From assembly GCA_019689775.1 (NCBI GenBank), contig JADGGV010000002.1:1-46973 (forward strand): a stretch of DNA of 46,973 nucleotides, given 5' to 3'. The DNA comes from Gemmatimonadota bacterium (GTDB lineage: Bacteria > Gemmatimonadota > Gemmatimonadetes > Longimicrobiales > RSA9). A model generated the notes under the pieces. The model saw only the letters and a list, made by a program, of their open reading frames with translations, did not search any database and was not told where the DNA came from. Below are positions 27,148-35,486 of this stretch, piece after piece. The stretch's first letter is position 1; each line of letters begins with the position of its first letter. The position numbers and the translations under genes were made by a program.

Positions 27148-29056
27148 GCGGTGCCGGCTCCCCGCCGATCGCGTCCCCGGCCGCCGCGCGGTGCGGGCGC
27201 GGCCGCAGCAGGACCGCGGCGTGCGCGCCGATCCACCACCCGGTCTCTCGCTCGGGCGGGGGCGCGCCGGCGCCGCCGTACCGAGGGTCCTCGCTCGCCC
27301 ACATCGGCTCCCAGCGCGTGCCGGCCGGCGGCGCGAGGAGTGGCTCGGCGATCGACCCGCGCACGATGTCGGCACCGAGATTGACGAGGAGCAGGCGGTC
27401 GTCCTCGTCCGGCCCGAACCAGCGCAGCGCGAGCGCGCGCCGGCCCAGCACGGCGCCATCGACGGGCCCCGCGGCCGCGATCGTGCGATCCTGCTGCCGC
27501 AGCCGCACGAGGTCGCGGTGGAGCGCCGTGATCTCCGCGTGGGCGCGCCGCTCCGCGGGGTCGAGCTTGCACGCCTCGAACGTGGTGGCCGCGTCCGGAT
27601 CCGGGATGAGCCGCTCCGCGCCCGGTGCACGCAGCCCGGGGAACTGCCGCAGGAACTCGACCCGCCCCGCGCGCACCTTCACGGCCAGCTCGGGGACGTG
27701 ATCCGCGAAGTACAGGAACGGCGTCGACGCGGCGTACTCCTGTCCCTGAAACAGCATCGGCGTCTGCGGCGCCAGCAGCAGCAGCGCGGTCAGCGCGCGG
27801 AACCGCCCCGGATCGGTCAACCGGTGCAGGCGCCGTCCGCCCGGGGTGTTCGCCACCTGGTCGTGGTTCTGGAGGAAGTTCACGAACGCGGCCGGCGGCA
27901 GCCCGCGCGTCGGGCTCCCGCGCCGCTTCCGCTGCCAGGCGTAGCGCTGCCCCTGGTAGAGGAAGCCCCGCTTCACCGCGGAGAGCAGCTCCTGCGCCGT
28001 GCCGGTGTAATCGCGAAAGTACGCGCCCCGCTGCCCGGTCGCCGCGACGCGGGCGCTGTGGTGGAAGTCGTCGTTCCAGACCGCGTCCAGGCCGTAGCCC
28101 CCCGCCTCCAGCGGCCGCACCAGCCGCGCGTCCTGAGGCTCGTTCTCGTTCACGACGTACGTGCGCCGGCCGCGCGCCGCCTCCCGCACGCGTCGCCCGA
28201 TCTCGACCAGGATGTGCGTGGGCGAGGAGTCGAAGATCTGCTGCGTCGCGTCCAGCCGCAGGCCGTCCAGGTGGTACTCGTCGATCCAGTAGCCCGCGTT
28301 CGCGACGAAGAACTCGCGCACCGGCCCCGCGTCCTCGCCGTCGAAGTTAATCGCGGCGCCCCATTCGTTCGCGTACCGGTCCGTGAAGTACGCCGGCGAG
28401 TACGCGCCCAGGTAGTTGCCGTCCGGGCCGAGATGGTTGTAGACGACGTCCAGGATGACCGCCAGCCCGAGGAGGTGCGCCTCGTCCACGAACCGCCGGA
28501 AGTCGTCCGGCGCGCCGTAGAGCCGCGTCGGCGCGAACAGGTTCACGCCGTCGTACCCCCAGCCGAAGCGGCCGGGGAAGTCCGCGACCGGCATCACCTC
28601 CAGCATCGAGACGCCCAGGTCGGCCAGCTCCGGGAGCAGCCGCGCGGCGGCCGCCCACGTCCCTTCCGGCGTGAACGTGCCGATGTGCATCTCGTAGATG
28701 ACCTGCCCCTCGGGCGCCGGACCACGCCACTGCGCGTCGCGCCACGCGTACGCGTCCGGATCCACGACCTGCGACGGGCCGTGCGGCCCCTCCGGCTGGA
28801 AGCGTGATGCCGGGTCCGGGTACAGCCTCGCATCGTCGTCCAGCCGGAACCGGTACAGCGTCAGCGGCCGCGCCTGCCCGACCGCCCCCGAGAAGTAGCC
28901 AGCCGGCTCCGCATTCATCGGCACCTCGACCCCGGCCGGCGCGCCTTCCAGGACGACGCTCACGCGCCGCCGCCCCGGCGCCCAGACGCGGAACTCCACA
29001 CCGCCGCCGGCCCGCACCTCCGCACCGACGGCGAGGCGTCGGCGCGGCTCGCTCAT
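27140..29056 (-). CDS. treZ: malto-oligosyltrehalose trehalohydrolase (GH13)
   Basis: CBM48-like N-terminus (VEFRVWAP) and GH13 regions DVVYNH, GLRLDA, NENEPQ and FLQNHDQ. An ATG at 29068 is an alternative start. Confidence 0.9.
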   Translation of the reverse strand: MSEPRRRLAVGAEVRAGGGVEFRVWAPGRRRVSVVLEGAPAGVEVPMNAEPAGYFSGAVGQARPLTLYRFRLDDDARLYPDPASRFQPEGPHGPSQVVDPDAYAWRDAQWRGPAPEGQVIYEMHIGTFTPEGTWAAAARLLPELADLGVSMLEVMPVADFPGRFGWGYDGVNLFAPTRLYGAPDDFRRFVDEAHLLGLAVILDVVYNHLGPDGNYLGAYSPAYFTDRYANEWGAAINFDGEDAGPVREFFVANAGYWIDEYHLDGLRLDATQQIFDSSPTHILVEIGRRVREAARGRRTYVVNENEPQDARLVRPLEAGGYGLDAVWNDDFHHSARVAATGQRGAYFRDYTGTAQELLSAVKRGFLYQGQRYAWQRKRRGSPTRGLPPAAFVNFLQNHDQVANTPGGRRLHRLTDPGRFRALTALLLLAPQTPMLFQGQEYAASTPFLYFADHVPELAVKVRAGRVEFLRQFPGLRAPGAERLIPDPDAATTFEACKLDPAERRAHAEITALHRDLVRLRQQDRTIAAAGPVDGAVLGRRALALRWFGPDEDDRLLLVNLGADIVRGSIAEPLLAPPAGTRWEPMWASEDPRYGGAGAPPPERETGWWIGAHAAVLLRPRPHRAAAGDAIGGEPAPHG

Positions 29057-29316
29057 GGATCGCTGCATGCGCGCCGCCCGCCGCACGGTCCGTGCCCGGC
29101 GGTGGGCCGCGCCGCCGGGCACGCCGCGAACCCGCCGCGCGGGGCCAACTCCGCGAGGCCGGTCCGCCTGGTCCGCCGCGGCCGTTGCTCCGCCCGCGCG
29201 CCGCGGGAATCTTTCTCCGATGCGGGCGTGGCCCCGGGCCTCAGGGATGCACGGACCCGCGTTCCACGCGGTAGTGGCGGGCGGACCGGCGGCCAGCACG
29301 CCTCGAGCGCCGCCCG

Positions 29317-29562
29317 ATGCGGCGGATGAGCGACGAGCTGAACGAGGTCGTGCGCAACGCGCTGACGGAAGGACCGTTCAATACGCGCATCCTGGCGGAG
29401 GAAAGCGGCCTGAGCTACGACCTGCTCCGCTCGTGGCGGACCGGCCGCCGGCGACCGAGCCCCGAGAGCGCGCGCCGGCTCGCCGCGGCGCTGGACGCGC
29501 GGGGCCGCCGGCTCCAGCGGATCGCGCAGGACCTCGCGCGCCGCACGCGCCGCCGCACGTAG
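29317..29562 (+). CDS. small XRE-like helix-turn-helix protein (hypothetical)
   Basis: ILAEESGLSYDLLRSWRTGRRRPSPESARRLAAAL resembles a Cro/C1-type HTH. An alternative ATG lies at 29326. The SD is weak. Confidence 0.45.
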   Translation: MRRMSDELNEVVRNALTEGPFNTRILAEESGLSYDLLRSWRTGRRRPSPESARRLAAALDARGRRLQRIAQDLARRTRRRT

Positions 29563-29857
29563 GCCCCGACCGCGCTCCCGAACCGCCACCTCGTCCGCGT
29601 CCCCGCGCCGCAGTCCGCCTCGCGCACCGCGCCCTGCCCGGCGCCCGTCCCGCGCCCCGCGACGCCAGCCGGCCTCGCCATCGCGACCCCTTGGGCGCTC
29701 GCCGCCACCACGATCTTCGAGCGCTGGCGCGGATCTCCGCTCGCCACCGCACCTTGAGGGCGTTCCACGCCCCGGTTAGATTGCCCGGTACCTTCCTCGA
29801 CGAAGTCCTCGACCTGTCCCCGGACCGAGGAGCGGCGCCTCGCGGCGCCGGAGGCGA

Positions 29858-29977
29858 CGCGGCGCGGGGGGCCGCCCGCCGCGGGCGGCCGCCCCCGCGG
29901 CGCCCGCGGGGCGGGGGGCGGGCGGCGGCGCGGCGCGCGGCCGGCCGGGCGGCGGGCGCCGCCGCGGCGGCCGCCGG
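29858..29977. repeat. 120-nt uninterrupted G/C-only tract made of nested palindromes, immediately 5' of the GGDEF-EAL gene
   Basis: No A or T from 29858 to 29977. It contains a 21-nt palindrome at 29870-29890, an 8-bp stem with 3-nt loop at 29893-29911, and a 12-nt palindrome ccgccgcggcgg at 29959-29970. Confidence 0.85.
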
Positions 29978-29982
29978 ATCGG

Positions 29983-32172
29983 GTGCGAATGGAGCCGAAA
30001 GAGGGGGCCGCGCACGCGGAGGCACCGCCCCGCGGCGACGACCAGAGGCATGCGATAGACGCGCGGGAACGGGAGACGGCAGGCTCGCCGGCCGTGGACC
30101 GCGCGCGGCTCCTCGCGCTGGAGGAGTCCCGCGCACGCGCGGAGGCGGCGCACCGCGAGATCGTCGCCGTGCTGGATCGCATCACGGACGGCTTCTTCGC
30201 GCTCGACCGCGACTGGCGCGTCACGTACGCGAACCGGCGCGCCGAGGAGCTGCTCGCGCTGGCGCCGGGGACCTTGCTCGGGCAACACCTCTGGACGCGC
30301 TTCCCGGACTCGTACGACTCCGTCTTCGGTCGCGAGTACCGGCGCGCGATGGCGGACATGGCGCCGGCGAACTTCGAGGCGCGCTCGGTGGTCGTGGACC
30401 GCTGGTTCTCCGTCCACGCCTACCCCTCGCCCGAGGGGCTGTCCGTCTACTTCCAGGACGTGACCGAGAAGCGCCGCGCCGAAGAGGCGTTGCGCGAGAG
30501 CGAACGCCGGTACCGCTCGCTCTTCCACGACGCGCGCGACGCCATCTACATCACGTCCAGCTCCGGCCGGTTCCTGGACGTGAACGCGTCGATGGAGGCG
30601 CTCGTCGGCTACAGCCGGGCGGAGCTGCTCCAGATGAGCGCGGTCTCGCTCTACGCCCGGCCGGCGGACCTGGAGCGCTTCCGCCGGGAAATCGAGGCCC
30701 ACGGCAGCGTGCACGGCTTCGAGGTGCGGCTGCGGCGCAGCGACGGCAGCGAGATCGACTGCCTGCTCAACTCGGTCGTGCGCCTGGACGCCGACGGCCG
30801 CGTGGCCGGCTACCAGGGGATCATCCACGACATCACGGACCGGAAGCGCGCCGAGGAGAGCCTCCGCCGCGACGCGCTGCACGACCCGCTGACCGGGCTG
30901 CCGAACCGCGCGCTGTTCATGCGCCGCCTCGAGCGGGCGCTGGAGCGGGCGGCGCGCGACCCGGCGTACCACTTCGCGGTCCTGTTCCTGGACCTCGACC
31001 GCTTCAAGGTGATCAACGACTCGCTCGGCCACCTGGCGGGCGACGAGCTGCTCGTCGGGGTGGCGCGCCGGCTGGAGGCGTCCGTCCGCCCGGGCGACAC
31101 CGTGGCGCGGCTCGGCGGGGACGAGTTCGCGATCCTCCTGTTCGAGATCGAGGAGGTGGAGGACGCGGATCGGATCGCGGAGCGGATCCACGAGCGGTTG
31201 AAGGAACCGCACGCGCTGGCAGGACAGACGGTCTTCACGACGGCGAGCGTCGGGGTGGCGCTCGGCTCCGCCGAGTACGAGCGCCCGGAGGAGCTGTTGC
31301 GGGATGCCGACACGGCCATGTACCGCGCCAAGCAGCTCGGCGGCGTGCAGCACCAGGTCTTCGACCACACGATGCACGCCGAAGCGATGGCGCTCCTGCG
31401 CCTCGAGACGGACCTGCGCCGCGCCGTCGAGGAGGAGGAATTCGACGTCTTCTACCAGCCGATCGTCTCGCTGGACACCGGCGCGCTCGTCGGACTGGAG
31501 GCGCTGGCGCGCTGGCGCCACCCGACGCGCGGCCTGGTGATGCCGGCGGAGTTCATCCCCCTTGCCGAGGAGACGGGGCTGATCGTGCCGCTGGGCCGCT
31601 GGGTGCTCGACGCCGCGTGCCGGCGCATGGCCGACTGGCGGGCGCGCTACCCGCAGGCGCGCACGCTCACGCTCAGCGTCAACGTCGCGGCCAAGCAGCT
31701 CGCGCAGCGGGATCTCGTCGAGCACATCGAGGAGCTGGTCCGGACGCTCGGCCTCGCCGGCATCCTGCGCCTGGAGATGACCGAGAGCGCGCTCGTGGCG
31801 AACCCCGAGGGCGCCATCGCCGCGTTCCGGCGCCTGCGGCAGGCCGGCGTCGAGCTGTGCATCGACGACTTCGGCACCGGCTACTCCTCGCTCAGCCACC
31901 TGCACCGGTTCCCGGTCGACATGCTGAAGATCGACCGGTCCTTCGTGGAGCGCCTCGGGCGCGACGAGTCGAACCGCCAGATCGTCGGCGCCATCGTGGC
32001 GCTGGCCGGCGCGCTCGGCATCGAGGCGATCGCCGAGGGCGTGGAGACGCCGCAGCAGCGCGACGAGCTCCGCGCCCTCGGCTCCCGCACCGCCCAGGGG
32101 TTCCTCTTCTCGCCACCGCTGGCCGCCACGGCGTTGGAGGCGCTCCTCCGCGAGTCGCGCCCGACCGCCTAG
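29983..32172 (+). CDS. PAS/PAS-GGDEF-EAL signalling protein (diguanylate cyclase/phosphodiesterase)
   Basis: Two PAS-like segments. Intact GGDEF (RLGGDEFAILL). EAL-domain motifs (EALARWRHP, EMTES, DDFGTGYSSL). Start is GTG 29983 or ATG 29989. Confidence 0.92.
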   Translation: MRMEPKEGAAHAEAPPRGDDQRHAIDARERETAGSPAVDRARLLALEESRARAEAAHREIVAVLDRITDGFFALDRDWRVTYANRRAEELLALAPGTLLGQHLWTRFPDSYDSVFGREYRRAMADMAPANFEARSVVVDRWFSVHAYPSPEGLSVYFQDVTEKRRAEEALRESERRYRSLFHDARDAIYITSSSGRFLDVNASMEALVGYSRAELLQMSAVSLYARPADLERFRREIEAHGSVHGFEVRLRRSDGSEIDCLLNSVVRLDADGRVAGYQGIIHDITDRKRAEESLRRDALHDPLTGLPNRALFMRRLERALERAARDPAYHFAVLFLDLDRFKVINDSLGHLAGDELLVGVARRLEASVRPGDTVARLGGDEFAILLFEIEEVEDADRIAERIHERLKEPHALAGQTVFTTASVGVALGSAEYERPEELLRDADTAMYRAKQLGGVQHQVFDHTMHAEAMALLRLETDLRRAVEEEEFDVFYQPIVSLDTGALVGLEALARWRHPTRGLVMPAEFIPLAEETGLIVPLGRWVLDAACRRMADWRARYPQARTLTLSVNVAAKQLAQRDLVEHIEELVRTLGLAGILRLEMTESALVANPEGAIAAFRRLRQAGVELCIDDFGTGYSSLSHLHRFPVDMLKIDRSFVERLGRDESNRQIVGAIVALAGALGIEAIAEGVETPQQRDELRALGSRTAQGFLFSPPLAATALEALLRESRPTA

Positions 32173-32319
32173 CCGCGCGAACGGCCGGGCGGAGGAGTGG
32201 GAGGGTGGCGACCGCGACGTCGCCCATTCCACCGCTGCGTCGTCTGGCGTCGAACGTGCAAGCGGCCCGTCGCGCTGGTGCGCCGGGTCGATCCGACCGG
32301 ACTTCGACACCCGAACGAG

Positions 32320-33165
32320 ATGGCCGCTGACCGGCTACGATCGAGGATCCTGCGCGTGGCGCGGGAGGCGGGGGCGGCCGCCGTCGCCGTCGCATACCAC
32401 GACTGGGAGACGCGGACCGAGTGGAGCCTGCACGGCGACGTCTGGTTCCACGCCGCCAGCACGATCAAGCTCGCGGTCATGCTGGGCGTCTACGGCGTCA
32501 TCGCCGACGGGGCGCTCAGCACGGACTCGCGCGTGCACGTGCGGAATCGGTTCCGCAGCGTCGCGGACGGCGAGCCGTTCCGCGTGGAGGCGAGCCGGGA
32601 CGCGAACTCCGACGTCCAGGCGGCGATCGGCCGGACCATGAGGGTCGAGGATCTGGCCCGCCACATGATCGTCACGAGCAGCAATCTTGCAACGAACTTG
32701 CTGCTCGATCTGGTCGGGGTGGAGGAGGTCCAGGCGAAGCTCGCCTCGCTGAGCCTGCACGGCGTGCGGTTGGAGCGCGGCGTCGAGGACGAGCGCGCCT
32801 TCGAGCGGGGGATCAACAACCGCGTCACCGCGAAGGGGCTGCTCGAGGTGCTCCGGGTGCTTCAGGAGCGCCGGGCGTTCTCGGTGGAGCTCTCCGAGCA
32901 GATGCTCGAGATCCTGCACGGTCAGGAGTTCAACGCGGGGATCCCCGCGGGGCTGCCGGCCGGCGCCCGCGTCGCGCACAAGACGGGCGAGATCTCGACC
33001 GTCGCGCACGACGCGGGGCTGGTCTACCTCCAGGGCCGTGACCCCTACGCGCTCGTCGTCCTGACGGAGTGGCCCGCCGACGTGTACGGCGCGCGCAACG
33101 AGACGATCGCCGGGATCTCGCGGCTCGTCTACGAGCACCTCTGCACCGAGGGCGACGATGCCTGA
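32320..33165 (+). CDS. class-A beta-lactamase-fold serine hydrolase, no signal peptide
   Basis: SxxK (ASTIK), SxN (SSN) and KTG (HKTGE) motifs in the correct order and spacing. The N-terminus aligns directly with mature class A enzymes, and the upstream ORF extension has no hydrophobic leader. Confidence 0.85.
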   Translation: MAADRLRSRILRVAREAGAAAVAVAYHDWETRTEWSLHGDVWFHAASTIKLAVMLGVYGVIADGALSTDSRVHVRNRFRSVADGEPFRVEASRDANSDVQAAIGRTMRVEDLARHMIVTSSNLATNLLLDLVGVEEVQAKLASLSLHGVRLERGVEDERAFERGINNRVTAKGLLEVLRVLQERRAFSVELSEQMLEILHGQEFNAGIPAGLPAGARVAHKTGEISTVAHDAGLVYLQGRDPYALVVLTEWPADVYGARNETIAGISRLVYEHLCTEGDDA

Positions 33166-33820
33166 GGCCGGCGGCGTGCCGCTGCGGCTGGTCGATGGCC
33201 TCGAGCTGCCCCCGGAGTACCGGGACGTGCTGCGCCCCGGCGAGCTGGTCGCGGATCGCAGCGGCCGGCTACGCCGCTTGCCGCGGTTCTTCTACGCGGT
33301 CGAGTCGTGGCGGCAGGCGCGCGACGTGCGGCTGGCGCCGCACTTCGTGCTCGCGGAGTTCCTGGACGTCGACGTGCGCGAGGCGGAGCCGCTGCGCCGC
33401 TTCCCGCGCTACGTCCCCTGCGCGATCACGCTGCTCGCCACGCACCTCGAGATGCTGCGCCAGGCGGTGGGCACCTTCGTCTTCATCTCGGCGAACGGCG
33501 GCTACCGCTCCCCGTCGCACCGACTCCTCCGCTACGCGACGCCGCACTGCTGGGGCACTGCGGCGGACCTGTACCGGATCGGAGACACGTACCTGCACGA
33601 CCGCGAGATGATCGAGAAGTACGGTCGCCTGGCGGTGGAAGTGAGCCCGGCGTTCCACACGCTGCCGTTCGGTCATGGCGTCGGCGAGGTGGACGACCAC
33701 GTGCACCTGGATCTGGGGTTCGTCGTCCAGGTGCCGGAGGATGCGCCGTCGGAGGCGGACGCGGAGCAGCGAGACACTCCCGGCGAGCCCCTCGGCGGAC
33801 CCGGAGGCGGCGTGGAATGA
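33158..33820 (+). CDS. M15-family (LAS fold, Peptidase_M15_3/DUF882-like) zinc peptidase, no signal peptide
   Basis: Motifs HFVLAEF, GGYRSPSH, HCWGTAAD (H-x6-D) and HVHLD (HxH). The ATG overlaps the upstream stop by 8 nt (ATGCCTGA), and GAGGG precedes it. Confidence 0.8.
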   Translation: MPEAGGVPLRLVDGLELPPEYRDVLRPGELVADRSGRLRRLPRFFYAVESWRQARDVRLAPHFVLAEFLDVDVREAEPLRRFPRYVPCAITLLATHLEMLRQAVGTFVFISANGGYRSPSHRLLRYATPHCWGTAADLYRIGDTYLHDREMIEKYGRLAVEVSPAFHTLPFGHGVGEVDDHVHLDLGFVVQVPEDAPSEADAEQRDTPGEPLGGPGGGVE

Positions 33821-35046
33821 GCTCGACGGAGAAGCAGCGCGGGAAATGGGCGGCGACGCCGGCGGCCCCGGAGCGGTTGCAGCTCGCGGCCATGGGGCTG
33901 GAATCCGAGTTCGGGTTACTGGTCGACGACCGGCCGACGCGGCCCGAGGCGGTCTTCGAGGACCCGCGCTCCTTCATCCGGGGCGAGCTGATGCACCGCA
34001 TCGGTACGTCGTACCACGTCCCGACCGGCGGCGCGGTCTACTTCGACACGGGCGTGATCGAGGTGGCCACACCGGTGATCGAGATCGAGCGCGGCGCGCC
34101 CGCGCGGGCCGTCCGCTCGCTGTGGGAGTCGATCCGCTTCGTGCGCGAGGAGCTCGACGACTGGGAGCGCCGGGCCGGGCGGCGGGCGCGGCTGACCGGC
34201 TTCAGCGCGCACTACAACGTCTCGTTCGAGCGCTCGGGCGGGCGCCCGCGCGCCCGCCGCTCCATCGAGCGGCTCGCCCTTCTGCTCTCCTACATCCTGC
34301 CCGTGCCGGTCCTGCTCCTGGCCGCCAACCGGCGGTCGACCGGCGTCGGCGTGCGGCCGCGCGGCGACCGCATCGAGGTGACCGTCGACTTCACGCCGAG
34401 CCCGGCGCTCATGGTCGCCACCGCGACGATCATCGTCGGCATCGTGCGCGCGATCATGCGCTGGCCATCCTACGACCTCCACGTGCTGGACCGGACGGAC
34501 CTGCCGGTGCTCGCGGCGTTCGCGCCGGTCCGCCACACCACCCGCCACGGGTGGCTCGCGCGCTACAGTTGCTTCGCGGCCAACCCCTTCGCCTGCGACA
34601 TCGATGCGCCCCTCTGGCGCACGCGCGACGGGCGCCGCCTCAGCCTCCGCACCATCGCCGGACTGACGGCGCGCCATTTCTGGCGCGAGATCCGCCGCAT
34701 CTCCGACCCGTTCACGTTCCGGCTGATCGGCTCCGTGCTCCACGGCCGCGCCCCCTCGCTCCTCGAGCTGCCGGACCGCCCGCCGGAGTACGAGGACGTG
34801 GGCCACCTCGTCAGTTGGGACGACCTCTTCACCGAGCGGCAGCTCAGCCGCTCGCGCTACGAGCGCGTGATCGTGCGCGCCATCCAGGGGCGACGCCTCT
34901 TCCTCAACGGCGAGACGCTGACGCCGACCGGGATGCGCGGCTGGTCGCAGGTCGTCTTCCGCCGCGAACGCGACGCCGCGTGCATCGTGCTCCCGATCGA
35001 CTTCCTGGTCGAGCACCTGCCGAACTGGGAGCGCACGCCCCGCTAG
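33817..35046 (+). CDS. divergent carboxylate-amine ligase-like protein (GCS2/YbdK or amidoligase, glutamine-synthetase fold) with long unique C-terminal region
   Basis: Ordered motifs GLESEFGLLV, DTGVIEVATP, FSAHYNVSF and VRPRGDRIEVTVDF resemble YbdK TLGIELEM / ESMLELAT / HVHVG / IRPSPHFGTVEVRVMD (recalled from memory). The ATG overlaps the upstream TGA (ATGA), with GGAGG 9 nt upstream. Coding status is confident; the function is not. Confidence 0.65.
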   Translation: MSSTEKQRGKWAATPAAPERLQLAAMGLESEFGLLVDDRPTRPEAVFEDPRSFIRGELMHRIGTSYHVPTGGAVYFDTGVIEVATPVIEIERGAPARAVRSLWESIRFVREELDDWERRAGRRARLTGFSAHYNVSFERSGGRPRARRSIERLALLLSYILPVPVLLLAANRRSTGVGVRPRGDRIEVTVDFTPSPALMVATATIIVGIVRAIMRWPSYDLHVLDRTDLPVLAAFAPVRHTTRHGWLARYSCFAANPFACDIDAPLWRTRDGRRLSLRTIAGLTARHFWREIRRISDPFTFRLIGSVLHGRAPSLLELPDRPPEYEDVGHLVSWDDLFTERQLSRSRYERVIVRAIQGRRLFLNGETLTPTGMRGWSQVVFRRERDAACIVLPIDFLVEHLPNWERTPR

Positions 35047-35108
35047 CGGGTACTGAAACCCCGTGCGCGGCACCGGCGTACGGTCCGGCAACCAGGAGGA
35101 GGGATCCC

Positions 35109-35387
35109 ATGATCGGTCTCATCGTCGCCATCGGCGCACTCGGTGCCGCGATCGCCGGCCATCTCGGCGCCCGCGACTTCGTCCGCCGCCGCCTCCGCTT
35201 CGTGGATGCCGTGCAGCGCGCCCGGGCGCCGTGGATCGCGGGCGCCGGCGCGGTGCTCGCCGCGGCGCCCGTCGTCTGGCTGCTCCCCTTCTTCGGCGCC
35301 GGCACGGCGATCGTGTTCGGCGTCGGCGTCGGCTCCGGCGTGGCTGCGGGCGCACGCGACATCCGCCGCCTGCCGGGCGGCGGCTGA
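35109..35387 (+). CDS. small membrane protein (92 aa, 2-3 TM, hypothetical)
   Basis: ATG preceded by AGGAGGAGGG. Hydrophobic Gly/Ala-rich segments (MIGLIVAIGALGAAIAG, VVWLLPFFGAGTAIVFGVGVG). Confidence 0.55.
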   Translation: MIGLIVAIGALGAAIAGHLGARDFVRRRLRFVDAVQRARAPWIAGAGAVLAAAPVVWLLPFFGAGTAIVFGVGVGSGVAAGARDIRRLPGGG

Positions 35388-35486
35388 CGCCGCGCGCCCG
35401 CCGGCCCGCCGCGGGCGCAGCACCTCGACGCGTCGACGCAGGACGAGCCGGCGCCGAACGCGCACCGCGAACCACGCGGAGCACCG

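Noticed and set aside
29055-32330. 1091-aa ORF on the plus strand
   Set aside because: It runs out of frame across the GC-only tract and the whole PAS-GGDEF-EAL gene. The product is Arg/Pro/Ala/Gly-rich with no motifs. The overlapping frame carries intact GGDEF and EAL signatures.
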